Source: a virus
Taxonomy: Duplodnaviria; Caudoviricetes
IMG/VR virus record: IMGVR_UViG_3300014205_000181
Span: 64,001-128,000 of that record
Reading direction: 5' to 3' (one strand)
DNA length: 64,000 nt
How positions within the stretch are numbered: position 1 is the stretch's first letter; each line of letters starts with the position of its first letter. A model generated the notes under the pieces. It was not told the origin of the DNA. It did no database searches and saw only the letters and a program-made list of their open reading frames with translations. Shown here piece by piece: positions 1-8,412 of the stretch. A program made the position numbers and the translations under genes.

Positions 1-2
1 TT

Positions 3-302
3 TATAAAAACAGACTAGGGATAGAGCTTCCTTTATATACAGATAGATATAAAAACACTGAAGATGAGAAAGAACTTGGGCGTTTAATAGGAAAAGAAAA
101 ATTGATGTGGGAGGAGGTTGATAACCCCGAGCCATATGATTTAGTTAATTTGAGACTAAAGAACCAGCCAATGCACGTTGGTGTTTGTATTGGGAATGGT
201 AAATTTTTGCACTGTATGGAAAACGTAGGAACAACGGTAGAGAAATTAAAATCATTAACTTGGAGAGACAGAATAATTGGATTCTATCGTTACTCAAAAT
301 AA
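3..302 (+). CDS. NlpC/P60-family tail assembly protein (lambda gpK-like), 5'-partial
   Basis: Frame is open from position 3. Contains HVGVCIGNGKFLH, the NlpC/P60 His motifs. Lies directly upstream of the tail-tip gene. Confidence 0.8.
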   Translation, partial: YKNRLGIELPLYTDRYKNTEDEKELGRLIGKEKLMWEEVDNPEPYDLVNLRLKNQPMHVGVCIGNGKFLHCMENVGTTVEKLKSLTWRDRIIGFYRYSK

Positions 303-3300
303 AGTATCCGTAATTGCGTGTAAAAATCCGCTTACTATGCAAAAAACTGATTACGTTTTTTGCGAAGGGTTGACTATTGCCCAAATGCTGGAAGTAGTCA
401 ATATCCCATATTATGTTAGTGTATTGGTTTCTATTGACGGAGTTCCCGCCCCAGCAGATCAGTATAAACATATTATCCCGGCAAAAGGTTCTTTGGTTAC
501 AATGAGGACTGTTCCTACTGGTGGCGGTGGGAGTAAAAGCCCATTGAGAACGATTTTAACTATTGTTGTTATTGCCTTGGCGACTATAACCCAACAACAT
601 TGGGTCACTGCTGGATATATAGGTGGTGCTGCCGGGGCCTACGTCGCTGCCGGGGTCGTGATGACGGTAGGCATGTTGATAGTCAACGCCATCGCACCTC
701 CCCCAATTCCTTCATCTCTTTCAGGTTCTCAACAAACATATAAAGATTCTCCTTCTTATGCTTTGTCTGGTGCAAGAAATACAATATCTCCATATGGTGT
801 AATCCCTATGTTATTAGGGAGACATAGAATTACACCCCCATATGGTGCATTGCCATATACAGAAAATTTAGGAGATGATCAGTTTCTAAGATGCCTATTT
901 TGTAACGGATATGGGAGGCTAGTATATTCAGATCATAAACTTGGTGAGACACCAATAGCCTCATTTTCCGATGTGGAGATAGAAACAAGAGATGGTAGCG
1001 ACAGCACGAACACATCATTGTATCCAGGCGATGTTTTTCAGCAGGATTTAGCAGTTACATTGGTACAATCAGAAAGTTGGAGCGTAAGGACAACGCAGCC
1101 GGATACAACGAGAATATCAGTTGACGTAACCTATCCTAGGGGTTTAGTGAGTTTTAATGATGATGGTTCAAGAGCAACTGTTACATCTCAGCTAGAATTT
1201 CAATATGCAGTCAAAGATTCAGGAGTATGGCATGGTAGCGTTAGTGGTGTGTCGTTCGTAAGCCGTAATATATCTGGGTCTTATTATACAGATCCATTAC
1301 AAGAAAGGAAAGATATCCTTATAATGGATAAAATATCTGGGACGTTATCCATTATAAGTGGTCAGGTAGGGTATCCTGGTTCGTATTGGCCAGCTTTGTC
1401 GCCAACAATACCAAGCTGGGCCGAAGGACTTGCAAGCTGGGATGTTGGCGAGTCGGCTATTTCCGCATTTACAGATATAAGAAAGACATCATTTGTAACT
1501 GCGGGGTATTTTGTCCCATCTCATATTTCTGGATTAGCTTTTTCTGTAGGAGCTGGTGTTTTAGTTTCCGATTTCTTTAATATCTCTGGAGCAACAACAT
1601 CAATTATAAGGAGAACTCTGTCTATCCCAGTTTCGGCTGGACAATATGATGTAAGGATGAGAAGGGTTTCTGCCGACACAAGTTCCGATAGGATTTTGGA
1701 TGATGTTCAATGGACAGCTCTAAGATCATTTCAAACTGGTAGTCCGATTCTAGAACAAAATATGGCTAGGACCGCTTTAAGGATAAGGGCTACTGATCAA
1801 TTAAATGGAGCTATTGATAATTATAATTGCATAGCACAGTTGATTTGCCCTGATTATGATGTGACCACAGATACATGGATAACTCGCCCAACATCAAACC
1901 CTGCATCTTTATATAGATATGTATTGCAAGGTCCAGCAAATAAGAGACCATTGGTGGATTCCGAAGTTGATCTGGACATATTGGCGGAATGGCATGGTGT
2001 TTGCGAAAGCAATGGATTTTCTTTCAATCACTATTTCGATTATAGGACAAGTGTTGATGCCGTTTTGCAAATGGTTGCTGCCGCCGGAAGAGCCGCTCCT
2101 GGCTATGTGGACGGGAAATATGCTGTAGTAATGGATAGGATACAATCAAATATTGCACAACATTTTACCCCTAGGAACTCTTGGGGGTATTCTTATAATA
2201 AAGCATTTTTAGACAGACCGCACGCTTTTAGAGTCAAATTTTGGAACAAAGACGCTGATTGGAGAGAAGACGAAAGAATAGTTTATGATGATGGATATTC
2301 TGAGGCTAATGCTACTTTATTTGAAGAAATGTCTCTGCCTGGAATAAATACTTCCGCATTAGCTTGGAAACACGGTAGATATCATATAGCCACTGCTAGG
2401 CTTAGACCAGAAAGACATACATTTAATTCTGATTTCGAATATCTTACATGTACTAGGGGAGACAGAATAAAATTTACAAATGATGTTATTTCTGTCGGTC
2501 TGGGTTACGGGAGAGTAAAAAGCTATACTGATGATGGGACGAATGTAACTACCGTCACGGTTGATGAAGAATTATCAATGGAATCTGGGAAAACATACCA
2601 ATTCAGAATAAGACAACATGATGGTGATTCATTAGAAATACCATTAGTCACTTCAGTCGGAACAAGTGATACATTCACTGTTAATATGACCCTCCCGATT
2701 GCAAATGCTCCTGATATAGGAGCCATTATGATGTATGGAGAAACGGAATCAGAATCAATTGATCTTATAGTAAAAGATATATCTCCCCAATCAGATTATA
2801 CTGCTCAATTAACGTGTTTGTCTTATGCACCAGAAGTTCATAGTTCAGATACTGGGACTATTCCTTCATTTTCTACGAATATAACTATCCCAGTAGACAG
2901 GGCATCTGTTTATATTCCTCAATTCACATTAAGGTCAGATGAATCTACACTAATAATTATCGGGAATACTTTCGTTCCGAGGATAGTGGCGACATTTCAG
3001 AGTCAAGTAGTTCCACCTGGACTTATAGACAGTATAGAAGTCCAGTATAGATTGAAGGGAACTCAAAACCCTTGTATTTCTGTATTTTCTATAAATAATG
3101 ATATTTCTCTTGAAGACGAAATATTCCAGGGGAAAACTTATACTATCCAAGCTAGATATCATATAGACGGGAAGGCTGGACTTTGGAGTCCATGCCAAAC
3201 ACATACGGTTGTGGGGTTGTCCACAAATCCATCAGATGTTGAAAATTTTAATGTAAATATTTTAGGGCAAACTGCTTATTTGTCTTGGGATGCGGTGACA

Positions 3301-4287
3301 GACTCTGATTTGTCGCATTATATTATAAAATTTTCAACCGCTGTGGCTGGCGCTACTTGGGGTAGTTCAGTTTCTTTGGTTGAAAAAATAGGAAAACCAA
3401 ACACAAGTATTTCTGTCCCTGCAATGACTGGGAGTTATTTAATTAAGGCTGTCGATTTTTCTACTCCAGCTATAGAAAGTATTAACGCTACGGTTATTTC
3501 TACAACTGTTCCAGGATTGGAAAATTTAAATGTGGTTAGTACACTTACAGAACACTCTTCATTTTTAGGTACAAAAACTAATTGTGAAGTTGTAGGATCA
3601 AACTTAAGATTATCATCTGTAGATACATTATCTGATTGGACAACACTATCTTCGGTTAGAAATTTGTATTTTGGAGTAAATGGGATTAATACTTCAGGAA
3701 TGTACGAGTTTTATAACTCACAAGACTTAGGAGACGTTTATTCTAGTAGATTATCAGCAACAATGTTAGTAAGTGGAAATAATATAGCAAATTTTATGTC
3801 TGGTTGGCTAGCTCTTTCTTCTGTCGAGAGTTTGTCTGGGACAGATCCTTCAATGTGGGCTGCTTATTTAGAATTGAGGACTACTAATGATGACCCATCC
3901 GCCACTCCTACGTGGAGTGGGTGGCAACCATTTATAGTAGGAGACTATTTAGCTAGGGCGTATGAATTTAGGTTGAATTTAATTTCTACGTCTTCATCAA
4001 TAACGCCAGACGTGTCATCATTATCGGTCAGAATAGATATGCCAGACAGGGTATATGGAGATGATGATGTTGTTTGTCTGAACACTGGACTTTCTGTATT
4101 ATTCTCTCCGGCATTTAAAGAAAAACCAGCCATCGCTGTTTCTGGGCAAAATATGGGAACAGGTGATTATTATGTTATATCAAATCAGTCTGCTTCTGGA
4201 TTTGATATAACTTTTTATAATTCTTCGGCAGTTGGGATAGAAAAAACATTTGATTTTGTTGCTAAGGGTTTTGGGTACGTTAATTAA
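277..4287 (+). CDS. Tail tip / host-specificity protein J, with an N-terminal gpI-like segment and FN3-like C-terminal domains
   Basis: 1336 aa. Typical J motifs: N-terminal 'P.GGGG..LR' plus hydrophobic stretch, 'IPMLLGRHRITPPY', 'TSNPASLYRYVL', 'GDRIKF'. Confidence 0.9.
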   Translation: MDSIVTQNKVSVIACKNPLTMQKTDYVFCEGLTIAQMLEVVNIPYYVSVLVSIDGVPAPADQYKHIIPAKGSLVTMRTVPTGGGGSKSPLRTILTIVVIALATITQQHWVTAGYIGGAAGAYVAAGVVMTVGMLIVNAIAPPPIPSSLSGSQQTYKDSPSYALSGARNTISPYGVIPMLLGRHRITPPYGALPYTENLGDDQFLRCLFCNGYGRLVYSDHKLGETPIASFSDVEIETRDGSDSTNTSLYPGDVFQQDLAVTLVQSESWSVRTTQPDTTRISVDVTYPRGLVSFNDDGSRATVTSQLEFQYAVKDSGVWHGSVSGVSFVSRNISGSYYTDPLQERKDILIMDKISGTLSIISGQVGYPGSYWPALSPTIPSWAEGLASWDVGESAISAFTDIRKTSFVTAGYFVPSHISGLAFSVGAGVLVSDFFNISGATTSIIRRTLSIPVSAGQYDVRMRRVSADTSSDRILDDVQWTALRSFQTGSPILEQNMARTALRIRATDQLNGAIDNYNCIAQLICPDYDVTTDTWITRPTSNPASLYRYVLQGPANKRPLVDSEVDLDILAEWHGVCESNGFSFNHYFDYRTSVDAVLQMVAAAGRAAPGYVDGKYAVVMDRIQSNIAQHFTPRNSWGYSYNKAFLDRPHAFRVKFWNKDADWREDERIVYDDGYSEANATLFEEMSLPGINTSALAWKHGRYHIATARLRPERHTFNSDFEYLTCTRGDRIKFTNDVISVGLGYGRVKSYTDDGTNVTTVTVDEELSMESGKTYQFRIRQHDGDSLEIPLVTSVGTSDTFTVNMTLPIANAPDIGAIMMYGETESESIDLIVKDISPQSDYTAQLTCLSYAPEVHSSDTGTIPSFSTNITIPVDRASVYIPQFTLRSDESTLIIIGNTFVPRIVATFQSQVVPPGLIDSIEVQYRLKGTQNPCISVFSINNDISLEDEIFQGKTYTIQARYHIDGKAGLWSPCQTHTVVGLSTNPSDVENFNVNILGQTAYLSWDAVTDSDLSHYIIKFSTAVAGATWGSSVSLVEKIGKPNTSISVPAMTGSYLIKAVDFSTPAIESINATVISTTVPGLENLNVVSTLTEHSSFLGTKTNCEVVGSNLRLSSVDTLSDWTTLSSVRNLYFGVNGINTSGMYEFYNSQDLGDVYSSRLSATMLVSGNNIANFMSGWLALSSVESLSGTDPSMWAAYLELRTTNDDPSATPTWSGWQPFIVGDYLARAYEFRLNLISTSSSITPDVSSLSVRIDMPDRVYGDDDVVCLNTGLSVLFSPAFKEKPAIAVSGQNMGTGDYYVISNQSASGFDITFYNSSAVGIEKTFDFVAKGFGYVN

Positions 4288-4299
4288 AGGAGGTTTTGA

Positions 4300-5199
4300 A
4301 TGAGTCAATTCACACATGGGGTAATCAATCCAGATACAGAGACTGGGACCCAATTAGCACTTGATTTAGCAAGTGAAGAGTCGTCGCAAAATACAAATCA
4401 TAGTGGTGCTTCTAGGCCATCTTATGCTGTAACAGGTATGATTTGGATTAAGACAGTTTCGGGAACGCTGCATGAAATATACTATTTTGATGGGACTGAT
4501 GATATACTTGTTGGGTCAATAAATCCTACGACTAATACGTGGGGGCAAACATTTACAGGCCTCGTTAATTTAGCTGCTGGGGCAGACATAGCCTCCGCTG
4601 CCACTATTGACCTCACGGCTGCCACCGGCAACTCCCCACGGATCACCGGGACAACGCCTACAAGTGCCGTGACAATGAACACCGGCCAACAGATGGTTGT
4701 CGTGGCCGATGGAGCATGGCCATTGACTTATCATGCGACAATGAATAAACTTAACACCGGGTCGGATTACACTTGCACCGCTGGCGATATAATTTCTTAC
4801 TCAAAGGATTTATCCGGCGTTATTCACGGGATAATTCATAGGGTGACGTGGGCCGAAAGCATTCACTTCACGCGAGACTTAGCGGCGGCATCGGGAAATG
4901 TTAGTTATACCGGTTTTACTTTTACTCCGAAAAGTATACTAATCACAGGAATCAAAGCTGGGGCCACACTAAGCTCTAGGGGTATTGGCAAGGTTGGGAC
5001 TAATTATTGCGATTACCACGACGGAACAAATTGGTGGTCAGGAACAAATTATGCCGTAATAGTATCTACCGACAGCGGAGTTACTAATGCCCAAGCTGGT
5101 GTTGTGGCGTCTAGTAGCCCAGGAGAAGTGACTATTGCCTGGACCAAATCTGGTACGCCGACCGGCACAATAAATTTGCAAATAACTGCATTTGCATAA
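4300..5199 (+). CDS. Tail fibre / receptor-binding protein
   Basis: Follows J and has an AGGAGG RBS. Thr/Gly/Ala-rich beta-type sequence, with a 'GFTFTPKSILI' fibre-tip-like motif. Confidence 0.7.
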   Translation: MSQFTHGVINPDTETGTQLALDLASEESSQNTNHSGASRPSYAVTGMIWIKTVSGTLHEIYYFDGTDDILVGSINPTTNTWGQTFTGLVNLAAGADIASAATIDLTAATGNSPRITGTTPTSAVTMNTGQQMVVVADGAWPLTYHATMNKLNTGSDYTCTAGDIISYSKDLSGVIHGIIHRVTWAESIHFTRDLAAASGNVSYTGFTFTPKSILITGIKAGATLSSRGIGKVGTNYCDYHDGTNWWSGTNYAVIVSTDSGVTNAQAGVVASSSPGEVTIAWTKSGTPTGTINLQITAFA

Positions 5200-5211
5200 T
5201 AGGGGGAACAC

Positions 5212-5754
5212 GTGAAAATATATCGGAGAACCTCAGATGGACTGGAAATTCAGGATGCACTTGACCGCGACTTGGCGTGGGTTACGCTGACGTATGGGGT
5301 GGGGTTTGTAGAAATTATCCCTCCAACCCCCACGGCGGCGGAACTATGCTCTACTGCTTGTTTATCAAGATGCAAAGAAGTAGACATGCTTTACTCCTCT
5401 AAGATATTCACGGATGTCGCGGTGACATTTCCGGCTGGTGATAAAGTAATCCAGTTCCGGGATAATACCGACAGATCAAACTTGGAGAGTGTCTGCGCCG
5501 GTGCCACTGCTCTTGTTGCGTTGGGTCAAGGTGAAACGCAAATGGTATATCGCACCATTGATGATGTGAATCAGGCTGTAACAGCGGCGCAAATGGCCGC
5601 TATAGGGCTTTCGGTGTTGTCTATGAAACAGGCCATTACAAATCAGCGGTGGGCGCACAAAGATGCGATATGTGCGATTTATGAGGACTTGCTAAAGTCT
5701 GATGAGCAGAAATTAATCGACCTTGCTGGATATGATATTCAGGTTGGATGGTAA
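5212..5754 (+). CDS. Tail fibre assembly/chaperone protein (DUF4376-like)
   Basis: Directly downstream of the fibre gene. Contains 'YRTIDDVNQAVTAAQM' and ends in 'GW'. Confidence 0.6.
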   Translation: MKIYRRTSDGLEIQDALDRDLAWVTLTYGVGFVEIIPPTPTAAELCSTACLSRCKEVDMLYSSKIFTDVAVTFPAGDKVIQFRDNTDRSNLESVCAGATALVALGQGETQMVYRTIDDVNQAVTAAQMAAIGLSVLSMKQAITNQRWAHKDAICAIYEDLLKSDEQKLIDLAGYDIQVGW

Positions 5755-5777
5755 ACTCATAACAAAAGGAGGAAGTC

Positions 5778-5861
5778 ATGCCTGGATCACCAAAGCCGAA
5801 AGGCAAGCCGCAGAGCAGAGACCCGAGGACAAGGCGTTCCAATAGACGTTCTGCAAATTAA
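5778..5861 (+). CDS. 27-aa basic peptide MPGSPKPKGKPQSRDPRTRRSNRRSAN
   Basis: Strong AAGGAGG RBS upstream of the ATG at 5778. Fills the gap before the ORF at 5866. Confidence 0.5.
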   Translation: MPGSPKPKGKPQSRDPRTRRSNRRSAN

Positions 5862-5865
5862 TCTT

Positions 5866-6078
5866 ATGAGACTAAAGTACTTAATGCCAATAATAAAAAG
5901 AAATACTAAATTATGTGTTGGTTGCGGAAATTGTGAATATATTTTAGGAAAAGATATAATAAAAAGATTAGAAATCAATAAATTAGAATTAAATAAAGAG
6001 GAATATGATTTAAATAAAGGTAAAATATTAAAAGCCCTAGACAAATGTTATTTGGAGGCGTTAACAATGGAGGAATAA
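5866..6078 (+). CDS. Small ferredoxin-like (single 4Fe-4S) protein
   Basis: CVGCGNC plus a distal 'DKCYLEAL', the CxxCxxC...C layout of single-cluster ferredoxins. Confidence 0.55.
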   Translation: MRLKYLMPIIKRNTKLCVGCGNCEYILGKDIIKRLEINKLELNKEEYDLNKGKILKALDKCYLEALTMEE

Positions 6079-6080
6079 AA

Positions 6081-6380
6081 ATGGTAATAACACCGGAAAT
6101 TGTATCAACCGTAATCGTTTTAATGAAGATATTTGGAACTGTAATTGTATTTTTGTTATCTGTAATTTGTGTATTGGGCGGTGTTATTTGGAAGGATTTA
6201 AGGGCTGAAATAAAAATGATAAAAAACGATTCTTTAAATTTATTGAATAATTTTAAAATAGAAGATGAAAAGAAATGCAACTCATGTTCCTCAAGGATTA
6301 AAGACGAACGTGATTCTTTAATAAAAGAATGTGACGATTTATGGAGTGCCATTGAAGTTTGTTGCCCCAGAGTAAAATAA
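6081..6380 (+). CDS. Putative holin (N-terminal transmembrane segment)
   Basis: GGAGG RBS before the ATG at 6081. Hydrophobic N-terminus and charged C-terminus. Stop overlaps the endolysin start. Confidence 0.5.
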   Translation: MVITPEIVSTVIVLMKIFGTVIVFLLSVICVLGGVIWKDLRAEIKMIKNDSLNLLNNFKIEDEKKCNSCSSRIKDERDSLIKECDDLWSAIEVCCPRVK

Positions 6381-6934
6381 TGGCTGATTTTAAAGATTCG
6401 ATAAAAATACTGATGGAATTAGAGTTCAATAATCCAGGAAATGCACTACATAAAAACAAGACAGAATCTGGGTATACTTATATGGGAATATATCAGAAAG
6501 CTCATCCTAAATGGGAAGGGTGGAAGATTGTTTTAGAGTATTTAGAAAAATATAAAAATATTAAAATTGCTTCTAAAAATTTATATATAAATGAACCATT
6601 AACCTTCTTGGTTAATTTGTTTTATAAAAAGACGTTTTGGGATAAAGCAAATCTTGATTTAATTAACTCTCAAAAAATATCAAATGAGATTTTTATATTT
6701 GGGGTTAACTCAGGGATGCCAGTGGCTATTAAAACAGCACAAAAATTAGTAGGAATTAGTCCAGATGGTGACGTAAGAGCAAAGACAATAAAGACATTGA
6801 ATAATTTTGATGAGAAAGTATTTGATGCAGAATATGATTTACTCGAACAAAAACATTATGCTATGTTAATTGAAAGGAATCCAAAATTAAAGATTTACGC
6901 GAATGGTTGGAGAAATAGAAGTATAGCTGTGTAG
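6380..6934 (+). CDS. Endolysin, glycoside hydrolase 108-like with C-terminal peptidoglycan-binding helix
   Basis: 'ELEF...GYTYMGI', 'FYKKTFWD', 'GVNSG...AQKLVG..PDG', C-terminal 'NGWRNR'. Confidence 0.8.
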   Translation: MADFKDSIKILMELEFNNPGNALHKNKTESGYTYMGIYQKAHPKWEGWKIVLEYLEKYKNIKIASKNLYINEPLTFLVNLFYKKTFWDKANLDLINSQKISNEIFIFGVNSGMPVAIKTAQKLVGISPDGDVRAKTIKTLNNFDEKVFDAEYDLLEQKHYAMLIERNPKLKIYANGWRNRSIAV

Positions 6935-6955
6935 AGTATAATATGGAGGGTTGAT

Positions 6956-7114
6956 ATGAATAAAAATATTTGTTTAATTTACTTAGTTATGTTCCTATTT
7001 TGCACAAGCTGCACAGTTAATTATGTTTGCCAGTCATCAAATGTAGATATAGATGCTAGAAAAGATATACAGGTAACTGATCCTTCTACCACTATAGGAT
7101 TACCTGTATTATGA
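6956..7114 (+). CDS. Small lipoprotein (spanin-like candidate), 52 aa
   Basis: GGAGG RBS. MNKNICLIYLVMFLFCTSC resembles a signal peptide with a lipobox-like Cys. Directly after the endolysin. Confidence 0.5.
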   Translation: MNKNICLIYLVMFLFCTSCTVNYVCQSSNVDIDARKDIQVTDPSTTIGLPVL

Positions 7115-7515
7115 TACAATATAAAAGTGGCTTTAAGTACCAACTACACAATACTTATACTATAAACTTTCCATGGTTGACGGAACATCTTAATTACGAA
7201 GCAGACTTTCTTAAAATAAGTGGGGCAATGCTTATTATAGAAGCTGGATATGCTTGGGATGGGCCTAGCGGTCCAACTTGGGATAGTAAAAGTTCTATGA
7301 GGGCAAGCCTCATTCATGATGCACTATATCAATTAATGCGTATAGGTATTTTACCAGAAAAATGCAGAGAACAAGCAGATGATGTTTTGTATGATATTTG
7401 CATTGAAGATGGGATGTTCAAGCCTAGGGCCTGGATTTGGTATAAGGCTGTTAGACTGATGGCAAGTGATATGGCTAAGAATGGTACGGAAAGAGAAATT
7501 CATATAGCACCATAG
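7111..7515 (+). CDS. DUF1353-like protein
   Basis: 'GYAWDGPS' and 'ASLIHDALY', plus 'REQADDVL...YKAVRL'. Confidence 0.7.
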   Translation: MIQYKSGFKYQLHNTYTINFPWLTEHLNYEADFLKISGAMLIIEAGYAWDGPSGPTWDSKSSMRASLIHDALYQLMRIGILPEKCREQADDVLYDICIEDGMFKPRAWIWYKAVRLMASDMAKNGTEREIHIAP

Positions 7516-7529
7516 AAACACATTAATTT

Positions 7530-7576
7530 ATAAAAATACCCCTATTAATTACTTAAATTAATAGGGGTATTTTTAT
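7530..7576. terminator. Bidirectional intrinsic terminator between convergent late and replication gene blocks
   Basis: Perfect 21-bp inverted repeat ATAAAAATACCCCTATTAATT / AATTAATAGGGGTATTTTTAT, with T-tracts on both strands. Confidence 0.9.
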
Positions 7577-7836
7577 TCTTCGACTATTGCTACTCCATTA
7601 ACATGTTCATCTATCTCAATCGGGATGTCTCCCCATAGTGGTAATTTGTTTTCATCGTATTTAATAGGAACTTGCTTCCCCCAAATATATGCCTCCCTAT
7701 TTTTAATTATTCCCTTATTTTCTTCTAATATTTCAAGATACATTTGCGGAGATAAAAATATCTTCTTTACTCCTCCGTCTTCTCTATATCTTTCAATAAT
7801 TTTACGAATCCATTGTGTGTTATTTTCTTCCCGCAT
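7573..7836 (-). CDS. Hypothetical protein
   Basis: ORF track; co-directional with its neighbours. Confidence 0.55.
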   Translation of the reverse strand: MREENNTQWIRKIIERYREDGGVKKIFLSPQMYLEILEENKGIIKNREAYIWGKQVPIKYDENKLPLWGDIPIEIDEHVNGVAIVEE

Positions 7837-8408
7837 TCTTTAAAACTCGCTCTCATTATACATCTAATTATAAAAGAAACATCATTAGATTTTATTTTTA
7901 ATTTCTTACACTTTCTGATTGTCTTTATAAATAATTCTCTTGCCTCTGGGTCTTGAAAATCATAGATCCTATCTACAGAGAAGATTATTTTCTTAATTTC
8001 CCTGTCTCTATCTGCTACTCTTGTCTTCTCCTTTTTTAATTTTCTATATAATTGAACTTTTGTAATCTTCTTTCTTATTTTATTTGCTTTCTTTTCAGAA
8101 TCCCTCCTTATGGACTCTAAATTTCTTGGTCTGTTTTTAATTGTTGGCCTTGTAAAATCGATAATATCAGCAAGAATTTCCTTATTCACCAGTGCTTGAA
8201 TCCAATCATCAATGTCTTCCTGCGAAGAGAGGATGATCACTCCAGCATATACAACAGGAAACCCGTATATTGTTATTAGCCTTTTTCTTTGGTTCATCTG
8301 GTTGAAATGAATTGAATATTTTTCAACCAAGTATTCGTGTATTTGTTTAATTCCTTTTAATATATGTTTTCTAGGTTTTTCTATTACTTCTTCCGTTTGT
8401 TCTTGCAT
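7767..8408 (-). CDS. Hypothetical basic protein
   Basis: ORF track; likely start is the ATG at 8408, just after the nrdJ stop. Confidence 0.6.
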   Translation of the reverse strand: MQEQTEEVIEKPRKHILKGIKQIHEYLVEKYSIHFNQMNQRKRLITIYGFPVVYAGVIILSSQEDIDDWIQALVNKEILADIIDFTRPTIKNRPRNLESIRRDSEKKANKIRKKITKVQLYRKLKKEKTRVADRDREIKKIIFSVDRIYDFQDPEARELFIKTIRKCKKLKIKSNDVSFIIRCIMRASFKECGKKITHNGFVKLLKDIEKTEE

Positions 8409-8412
8409 TTTG

